DNA of 56,804 nucleotides from Actinomycetota bacterium (GTDB lineage Bacteria; Actinomycetota; Thermoleophilia; RBG-16-64-13): NCBI GenBank assembly GCA_023483915.1, contig JAMDEO010000059.1, positions 1 to 56,804 of the forward strand, read 5' to 3'. Shown piece by piece: positions 49,873 to 56,804 of this stretch (position 1 is its first letter; each line of letters starts with the position of its first letter). The notes under the pieces were generated by a model. It saw only the letters and a program-made list of their open reading frames with translations, ran no database searches and was not told where the DNA came from. The position numbers and the translations under genes were made by a program.

Positions 49873-51843
49873 ATGTCGGAAGGAAGTGAGGAAACCCCAG
49901 CAATGACACCATTAGCAACTGCGACAGCCCCGTTAGCGGAGATGTTGGCCCAGGACCTAGCCCCGAGGGTCGCCGTCTCCTACCTGCGTGTGTCGACGCG
50001 TGATCAGGCTTTCCGAGGTGGTGAAGCCGAAGGCTTCTCCATCCCAGCCCAGCGCGAGGCCAATAGGCGTAAGGCCGCGTCTCTTGGGGCCATCGTGGTC
50101 AAAGAGTTTGTTGACCGGGGAGCCTCGGCCAAGACCACTAATCGTCCCGAGCTGCAAAGCATGCTCGACTACATCGCGGACCATCACGTCGACTACGTGA
50201 TCGTCCACAAGATCGACCGCCTGGCTCGAAATCGAGCCGACGATGTGGAGATCAACAGAGTCCTGGATCGAGCCGGGGTCCGGCTGGTCTCGACCACCGA
50301 GAGCATCGACCAGACTCCCTCGGGCATGCTGCTGCACGGCATCATGTCATCCATCGCCGAGTTCTACTCCCGCAACCTGGCGAACGAAGTCACCAAGGGG
50401 ATGACCCAGAAGGCGCGTGGCGGTGGAACCAACGGTCGTGCGCCACTCGGCTACCGAAACATCCGCCTGTTCGACAGCGAGGGACGTGAGGTGCGCACGG
50501 TGGTCGTTGACGAGGAGCGGGCACCACTGATTCGCCAGGCCTTCCAACTCTATGCCACCGGGGAGTGGACGATTGCACGGCTTGCCGACCATCTTGCGGA
50601 TCGGGGGCTAACTACCCTGGGCACTCCGCGCATGCCTTCGGTCCCCATCAACGGACCTAAGTTGAACAAGGTGCTCCTCAATCCCTACTACACAGGCGTG
50701 GTGGTATTCAAAGGTGCGGTGCACCGAGGCAAGCACGAGCCCCTGATCGATGAGCGGACGTTTCAGACTGTCCAGGACATCCTGGCTGCCCATCTCAATG
50801 GAGAAAGGACGCGCAAGCATCCTCATTTCCTGAAGGGGACCGTCTTCTGCGGGGCCTGCGGGTCGCGCCTGCTCGTGGAGGTGTCCAGGTCCTGCACGGG
50901 CGCTTACTATCCCTATTTCATGTGCGGTGGACGGCATGGCAAACGCAACAACTGTCGTCAGAAGGCTGTCCTCATCGATGAGGTCGAAGCGCGCATCGAG
51001 GACTACTACGAGCGAATCGCTCTCGATCCGAACTTCCGGGTGAAGGTTCAGGCCCTTCTCGTCGAGGAGTTGAAGAAGGCGCAGAAGGACTCAGATGCCG
51101 AGCTGGCCGACTTGCGACGACAGCGGGAGAAACTGGAGCGGCAGCGCGAAAAGCTCATGCAAGCTCACTACGAAGACGCCATCCCACTTGAGCTGCTGAG
51201 ACGCGAGCAAGAGCGCATCGCCACGTCGCTGCTGCAGATCACGAGCAAGCTGGAGGCGAGCAACCACCAGTTCGATGAGGTCGCTCGAAACCTCCAGGCA
51301 GCCCTGGATCTGACTGTGGACTGCGCGCTCGCCTACAGAACAGCGCCGGATCATATCAAGCGGCAGTTCAACCAGGCGTTTTTCAAGCGCATCCTGGTCA
51401 ACCCGGACACCACGCTCGTGCCGGAACTCGCGCCGCCGTTCGACACCTTGCTCGAACCGGGGCTCCGGTTAGCCTTGGGCGATGGAAGGTCTAGAATCCC
51501 CCAAAACGAAAACGAGCCCACTCTGTCGAGTGAGCCCTGTTCCGAATTGAGCCATGATCTGCGCGGCCAAGCCGCATTTTCTCTTACTCATAGTTTTAGT
51601 AAGAGACTTTTGGTGGAGGCGGGGGGAATCGAACCCCCGTCCGAAACCCGTCTGGCCCAGGTTTCTACGAGCGTAGCCCCTACTATGTTTCTCGCCTCGC
51701 GCTCCCGTAGGAGCAGGGTGCGTCCGGCCAGCCACCTAGGTTTTCCCCCGACGCCGGCGGCGCTCGCCGGGAGTGAGTCCGCCTGGTTTATGCCGCGGCC
51801 CTCCCCGGCAGACGCGGGAGGCGCGACAGGCGCATTAGTCTAG
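49873..51843 (+). CDS. Large serine recombinase (integrase); ORF runs through attR into antisense tmRNA
   Basis: YLRVST, DRGAS, RPEL, HKIDRLAR, APLGY, NPYYTG, HEPLI, CGACG zinc ribbon, coiled coil; AGAGGT RBS. Confidence 0.92.
   Translation: MSEGSEETPAMTPLATATAPLAEMLAQDLAPRVAVSYLRVSTRDQAFRGGEAEGFSIPAQREANRRKAASLGAIVVKEFVDRGASAKTTNRPELQSMLDYIADHHVDYVIVHKIDRLARNRADDVEINRVLDRAGVRLVSTTESIDQTPSGMLLHGIMSSIAEFYSRNLANEVTKGMTQKARGGGTNGRAPLGYRNIRLFDSEGREVRTVVVDEERAPLIRQAFQLYATGEWTIARLADHLADRGLTTLGTPRMPSVPINGPKLNKVLLNPYYTGVVVFKGAVHRGKHEPLIDERTFQTVQDILAAHLNGERTRKHPHFLKGTVFCGACGSRLLVEVSRSCTGAYYPYFMCGGRHGKRNNCRQKAVLIDEVEARIEDYYERIALDPNFRVKVQALLVEELKKAQKDSDAELADLRRQREKLERQREKLMQAHYEDAIPLELLRREQERIATSLLQITSKLEASNHQFDEVARNLQAALDLTVDCALAYRTAPDHIKRQFNQAFFKRILVNPDTTLVPELAPPFDTLLEPGLRLALGDGRSRIPQNENEPTLSSEPCSELSHDLRGQAAFSLTHSFSKRLLVEAGGIEPPSETRLAQVSTSVAPTMFLASRSRRSRVRPASHLGFPPTPAALAGSESAWFMPRPSPADAGGATGALV
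51580..51606. other. Inverted repeat adjoining the att site
   Basis: TCTCTTACT-9nt-AGTAAGAGA, 4 nt from tmRNA CCA end. Confidence 0.6.
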
Positions 51844-51974
51844 TTAGGACTAAGCGGCCAGAGCCAATTCAGGTTTGGCAATTGTTGTTTTCCAGCTTGT
51901 TTAACGAGAACCGCTGGGATCTCGGCTCGCTACCCAAACTCAGACATGAGCCCCGTCGAAACCATGTCGCCCCC
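51611..51974 (-). ncRNA. ssrA: tmRNA; tag peptide AKPELALAA (51850-51879)
   Basis: 5' GGGGGCGACAUGGUUUCGAC, 3' GGUUCGAUUCCCCCCGCCUCCACCA, tag ends ALAA*, smpB nearby. Confidence 0.97.
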
Positions 51975-52254
51975 ACGAGACTCAGACGCGCGGCTCCTGA
52001 AAAAGCCCGCTCACTGAGCTATGCAATTATACAGCATTGGCTGCATCCGCCAGAGTGCGATGATTGGCATCTCCGCCGGGTCCGAGGGGTCTAAGAAATA
52101 GTCGGCGGCCGCGACTTGGACGCAGGCGCCATCAGCCCTGCCGCGTGACCCTTCACGAGAAGCCATCCGTGGACGAGGCTTGCACTTCACAGGATGTAGT
52201 GCGACGCTCTATGGAGTGGTGCTCTGCTCCTGAGTGCGTACTTCCGGAGGGAAC

Positions 52255-52954
52255 GATGAGACGCGCAATGGTGATGGTCATCCTTTTTTCGATTTCGATC
52301 CTGGTTTCACTGGCCGCCGCCGGCTGCGGAGGTGATGAGAGTTCTCAGACGACCAGTCCCGGTCCGAGCACCCCATCAGTATCGGGTCTTGTCGAAACCA
52401 TCGCTGAGTTTGTCGATGTGGCCGCCTCCCACCCGTACGCCAAACAGATCGCGGAACTCGTCAAGCGAAAGATCGCCGAGGGCTTCTCAGATGGCACCTT
52501 CAGACCCGAGAACGCCGTCACTCGCCAGCAGTTCGCCAAGATGATCGTGAAGGCGATGGGCTACCCCGTGTCCGAGGAGGATGTCTGCCCGTTCACCGAT
52601 GTTCCCAAGGGTAGCGACCTGCTGGACCCGTTGTATCCAGACAACTACATAGCGGTGGCTGCGGCTCGGGGCATCACGGAGGGCGTCACGCCAACAGAGT
52701 TCGCGCCCAATGACAGCATCAGCCGCGCCCAACTCATCACCATGATCGTAAGAGCGGCAAATCTGCCCGAGCCTCCAGAGGACTACACGCCGCCGTTCCC
52801 CAAATTCGATGACGTGCACTATCCGTTCGCCCGGAAAGCGGCACACGCGGGACTGCTCACCGGATTGCAGGGAATGGGCCCTGACTACGAGTTCTTCAAG
52901 CCGGCCACCCGGGGCGAGGTCGCCGTGTTGCTTTACAACCTGCTGCACATGTAG
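52255..52954 (+). CDS. S-layer homology (SLH) domain lipoprotein
   Basis: Lipobox AAGC; FRPENAVTRQQ, FAPNDSISRAQ, ATRGE; GGAGG RBS. Confidence 0.88.
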
Positions 52955-52994
52955 CCCAGAAGGTCATGGCGGTAATAGCGCTCCGTCTTGCCGA

Positions 52995-53462
52995 CTATTC
53001 TCGTTCTCTGGACCGGATCGCTCGTTCCATCTCCCTTTGAGCCTCTTTCTTGGCAAGCGTCTGGCGCTTGTCATAGGTGGTCTTGCCCTTGGCAAGACCT
53101 ATCTCCACCTTGGCCCGGCCGTCCTTGAAGTACATCTTCGTAGGAACGAGCGTGTAACCGGCGACCTGCACCTTCCCGAACAGGCGGCGCAGCTCGCGCG
53201 CATGTACCAGCAGTTTCCGATTCCGCAAGGGATCGTGGTTAAAAATGTTCCCTTTCTCATAGGGGCTTATGTGGACCCCTATCAGGAAGAGCTCTCCCTT
53301 CTCCACCGCCGCGTAGGAGTCTCGCAGATTGACCCGGCCCTCGCGTAGGGACTTCACCTCGGTCCCCGTGAGAGCAATCCCCGCCTCCAACGTCTCCTCG
53401 ATGTGGTAATCGTGGTAGGCCTTCTTGTTCTGAGCGATGAGTTTGACGCCGACGGGTTTCAT
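52995..53462 (-). CDS. smpB: SsrA-binding protein
   Basis: [33 protein letters not shown]; TG-n-TATACT 9 nt upstream. Confidence 0.97.
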   Translation of the reverse strand: MKPVGVKLIAQNKKAYHDYHIEETLEAGIALTGTEVKSLREGRVNLRDSYAAVEKGELFLIGVHISPYEKGNIFNHDPLRNRKLLVHARELRRLFGKVQVAGYTLVPTKMYFKDGRAKVEIGLAKGKTTYDKRQTLAKKEAQREMERAIRSRERE

Positions 53463-53532
53463 GGTCGAGCGAGTATAGCAACTGGGTCCGGGGCCGCAAT
53501 TGCGCGCGGCGGCACGCCTCCGCGACGATCCA

Positions 53533-55413
53533 TTACCTCCGTGAGACCCTGGCGAGAACCTTTCTGCCCCGTGGAAGGCGGGCGCGACGGGGCCGGTCGC
53601 TGTCGGGCTCCTCCGCAAGGGCCAGATCCACGCGGCCCCTGGCCTCATCCACAGCCGTCACTTTGACCTGAATAAGGTCGGCGATCTTGTAGGCGCGGCC
53701 GGAACGCTTGCCCTCCATCGCGGTCTCCAGGTCGTTCAAACAGTAGTTGTCCCTAGGCAGCTCTCTGACCGGTAGATACCCCTGGAACAGCCGATCAAAG
53801 AGAACGAACATGCCTCTGTAGGTCAGGCTCATGATCTGGCCCTCGAACGTACTTTCTTCCCACCCTTCTTCGTCCAATCGCCGCTTCAACAGATGGGCAA
53901 GGACTATGTCGTCCGCCTTGAGCTCCACCTTCATGGCCTCCCGTTCGGTGCGCGAGCAGTGCTCCGCCCAATCACTGAGTATGGAGGTGGTCGGCGACGG
54001 TCCCAGTCCCAGTTGAGCGAGCAGCGCCCGATGCACAAGGATGTCCGGATAGCGCCTTATCGGCGAAGTGAAGTGGCAATAGGCCTCCGAGGCCAACCCG
54101 AAATGGCCGATGTTCATCGTCTGATACACGGCCCGCGCCTGCGCGCGCAACACCTGCTGGACAAGCGCAGCCTTGCCGCGGCCCGATGGAGCGTAACGGT
54201 CCACCCATTCGGCGGTTTCTCGCGTAACGCGCCGCACATCCTGTGGAGTCGCCAGCATGGGATCGAATACCGGCGTCGGCAGTCCCAGGCTGGTCAACAT
54301 GTCCAGCAGACGATCCAGATGGAAGGGATCGGGCAGGTCATGCACTCTGTAGACCGTGGGAACGTGCTCTCGCTCTAGGAACGAGGCCACCTGCTCGTTG
54401 GCTAGGACCATGAAGACCTCGATAAACCAGTGACTCTCCAGTTCCTCGCTGGGATCGGCAGAGACTACCTGTCCATCCTCATCCCACTCAAACTCCGGCT
54501 CCGACGATTCGATGCGCAGACTCCCCCTCTGATAGCGGAGATCGCGCAGCTTCTGTGCCAAGGTCCTTCCCCATTCCAGCGGCGGCGCCAGCTCCGGGTC
54601 AACGGACTCGGTGCCGCGAAACATGCGCTCCATCTGCTCATAGTCGAGGCGCCGGTCACTGCGGATGAGAGAACGATAGAAGCGCGTCTGCAGCACTCGC
54701 CCGCCGTCGTCCAGCTCCATCTCCACCGTCACCGTCTTCCGGTCCTCCCCGGGCAGCAAAGAGCAAACCGTCGAGGACAGGATCGGCGGTAGCATGGGCT
54801 CCACGCCGGTGGCCACGTAGACTGAGTTACCGCGCCTGAGCGCCTCTCTGTCCAGCGCCGTCTCCTCCGCCACGAAGTAAGACACGTCGGCGATGTGCAC
54901 ATAGACAAGGGTGGCCCCGTCAGGGGTCCGTTCAAAGGAGAGCGCGTCGTCGAAATCCTTGGCCATGATCGGGTCCACGGTGAAGGTGAAGAGCTCGCGA
55001 AGGTCGGACCGATAGGAGTCACGGTGCTCGTGAAGTTCCGCCGCCGATGCGGCGTCGGCATGTACTTTGGGACTGAAGCCCCGCTGCACCAGGTTGTCGG
55101 CAAGAAGCGCATCCATCACATCGCTAAGGACATGGCTCCTCCCGAGGAACTGAATAATCCGTGCTTTGAAACCGTAGGAGAAGGTGTAGAGCACCAAATC
55201 ACCGGGGTGGGGCTTCACCGGACCGCGCTCTACCGGTAGGCAGGGGCCCGTCTGGAAAAGGGGCTCGACCTCCAAGCTCTTACCCCTGCGTGCGACTACC
55301 CCAGCGATGCTGGCCGAGCGTCCCTGCGGTTCCCCCGGCGGTATCAGCCCCGATCGGGCTAGGGTTGCCCGGCGACGTTCCGAACGGCTCCTCCCCTTCG
55401 TGTGTCTGGCCAT
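53533..55413 (-). CDS. rnr: Ribonuclease R (RNB family)
   Basis: [29 protein letters not shown]1 domain; upstream of smpB. Confidence 0.92.
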   Translation of the reverse strand: MARHTKGRSRSERRRATLARSGLIPPGEPQGRSASIAGVVARRGKSLEVEPLFQTGPCLPVERGPVKPHPGDLVLYTFSYGFKARIIQFLGRSHVLSDVMDALLADNLVQRGFSPKVHADAASAAELHEHRDSYRSDLRELFTFTVDPIMAKDFDDALSFERTPDGATLVYVHIADVSYFVAEETALDREALRRGNSVYVATGVEPMLPPILSSTVCSLLPGEDRKTVTVEMELDDGGRVLQTRFYRSLIRSDRRLDYEQMERMFRGTESVDPELAPPLEWGRTLAQKLRDLRYQRGSLRIESSEPEFEWDEDGQVVSADPSEELESHWFIEVFMVLANEQVASFLEREHVPTVYRVHDLPDPFHLDRLLDMLTSLGLPTPVFDPMLATPQDVRRVTRETAEWVDRYAPSGRGKAALVQQVLRAQARAVYQTMNIGHFGLASEAYCHFTSPIRRYPDILVHRALLAQLGLGPSPTTSILSDWAEHCSRTEREAMKVELKADDIVLAHLLKRRLDEEGWEESTFEGQIMSLTYRGMFVLFDRLFQGYLPVRELPRDNYCLNDLETAMEGKRSGRAYKIADLIQVKVTAVDEARGRVDLALAEEPDSDRPRRARLPRGRKVLARVSRR

Positions 55414-55419
55414 GACTCG

Positions 55420-56631
55420 CTAGCTTTCCTTCACCCTGTCTGTCCCGGGAAGCAGCTCGAGGCTGACCCACCCGGCTTCATACACTATCCTGCCCGGCCT
55501 GAAACCGCATTCGTGGGAAAGCGCGACAAGCCGGCGCTCTTGCTCACCAGAGAGAATGCCGGAAACGACAAGCCGATGAATCCCCGGCGGTGCCGAGGCC
55601 TCACCCGCGGGCCGGCCACCGGTGGTGTCGGCCCGAGTGGCCGCTGGAGTCCCGGCCAGCCTGCTGATCAACGTGGACACGGGATCGAGGGTCATGTTGG
55701 CAAGTACAGTCGCCTGGTCGAACCAGGTCGGCTCCGCGGTGGATACATCGGCCTCAAACAATTGGACGGCCGACGCAACCCCATTGGCTTCCACGTTGCC
55801 GGCGGCCGCAGCCAGGGCCACCGGATCGTTGTCGAAGGCAATCACCGGAGCCCAGCCCAACTTCGCGGCCACAATCGCGAGAATCCCCGAGCCGGTGCCT
55901 GCATCGACGAGCGGCCCTCCCGGAACGGGCGCAGGCCCCCCCGCGGCGACCGATCCGGACGTGCCCGCCTCTGCGGCCACATCCGCCGGCGTGCATCCCG
56001 CATCAGGTACCATAGTGGCCTGCAGAAGTTCGAGCGCCCCGCGCGTGGTGGGATGAAGCCCTGTGCCGAACCCCATTCCGGGATTGATCACCACGTCGGT
56101 GAGCCAGGCGCCGCCTGTCGACCCAGTGTCAGTCCCGGGCGCCGCGCCGACCCCAGCCGTGGGCTCTTCCCACGGCGGGCGGATCCGTACCCGCCCTATG
56201 GCGACCGGGTGGAAATGGTCCTTCCAGCCTTCTTCCCAGCCGCGCGACACTTGCACGACTTCGACTAGGACGCTGGCGGTGGAAACTGGAGTTGCCGCGC
56301 TCCCCGCGAGCCCGCCGGCCGGATTCTCCACACCGAAACCGGCGCCTCCAGCAGGAACAGCGCTCTCCGCGGCGATCCGGACCTCGGGCCCCAGCAGGTC
56401 GCGCACCTCTGCCTCGCCGGCCGCAGGCAGCCCGGAGGCTTCAGGATAGAAGGTAAGTATCGCGTGGCCGGTCATGTCTGCGGCAGCTGCATCTCTGCAC
56501 AACTTGGGCGGGCTTTCTTGCGCGAACGGTCCAAGCCGGTCCATGAGAACCGCCCCAACAAGCTCGGCCTGCGCCTCTGGCACCGTAACCCTTATGGCGC
56601 GGTCGCGACCCGCAACCTTCTCTGCCGTCAT
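55420..56631 (-). CDS. prmA: Ribosomal protein L11 methyltransferase
   Basis: W...WK, INPGMGFGTG.HPTT, DAGTGSGIL, DNDP, VSGIL; follows dnaJ. Confidence 0.9.
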   Translation of the reverse strand: MTAEKVAGRDRAIRVTVPEAQAELVGAVLMDRLGPFAQESPPKLCRDAAAADMTGHAILTFYPEASGLPAAGEAEVRDLLGPEVRIAAESAVPAGGAGFGVENPAGGLAGSAATPVSTASVLVEVVQVSRGWEEGWKDHFHPVAIGRVRIRPPWEEPTAGVGAAPGTDTGSTGGAWLTDVVINPGMGFGTGLHPTTRGALELLQATMVPDAGCTPADVAAEAGTSGSVAAGGPAPVPGGPLVDAGTGSGILAIVAAKLGWAPVIAFDNDPVALAAAAGNVEANGVASAVQLFEADVSTAEPTWFDQATVLANMTLDPVSTLISRLAGTPAATRADTTGGRPAGEASAPPGIHRLVVSGILSGEQERRLVALSHECGFRPGRIVYEAGWVSLELLPGTDRVKES

Positions 56632-56804
56632 CAGCTACCGAACAGGTTCCGAAGCTTGTGAAGGACTCCCTCGGGCCGCGCCTCGTACTGCTCGGGGGCG
56701 CAGCATTCGTCGAACTCCTGCAATAACTGTCTTTGCCGCTCGTCAAGATCATGCGGAACAAGCACTCTTACCCGCACCACCCCGATGTCAACGCCGAGGA
56801 TCCC
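56631..56804 (-). CDS. dnaJ: Chaperone DnaJ, C-terminal fragment
   Basis: VRVLVPHDLDERQRQLLQEF...KLRNLFGS*; TGATG overlap with prmA; dnaJ-prmA synteny. Confidence 0.75.
   Translation of the reverse strand, partial: GILGVDIGVVRVRVLVPHDLDERQRQLLQEFDECCAPEQYEARPEGVLHKLRNLFGS

Noticed and set aside
56781-56804. Unusual DnaJ residues at the window end
   Set aside because: Too short to judge; may be a contig-end artefact like 1-127

Overview
GC-rich actinomycetotal chromosome (Thermoleophilia-like by inference) interrupted by a ~37 kb integrative element (~14492-51616) inserted at the 3' end of tmRNA. Left host flank: WYL fragment, pilT, HDAC-family deacetylase, CwlM-like amidase, CapA, MidA-type MTase, cupredoxin, ADP-forming acyl-CoA ligase, RsbW-PAS-SpoIIE fusion, and a CDF transporter with a NiCo-like riboswitch. 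Right host flank: ssrA, SLH lipoprotein, smpB, rnr, prmA, dnaJ end. The element has a large serine recombinase and a minimal transfer module (coupling ATPase, Replic_Relax relaxase, MT-A70 MTase). Its defence cargo is Gabija, a KAP NTPase, Shedu, a PHP-ATPase (Ppl/TrlF-like), and type I R-M with a HEPN-motif gene. Main novelty candidates: (1) an XRE-controlled pdaD-speD-speE-N-acyltransferase operon with no agmatinase, three operators and an Arg-rich leader peptide; (2) a recombinase with no stop before its att site, so excision would fuse it in frame to a tandem-HTH ORF at the far end; (3) matching LexA-box promoters on Gabija and the KAP NTPase; (4) a promoter- and terminator-bounded structured sRNA; (5) an unknown paralog pair with a TPR gene. 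All calls come from motif recognition by eye; no searches were run.
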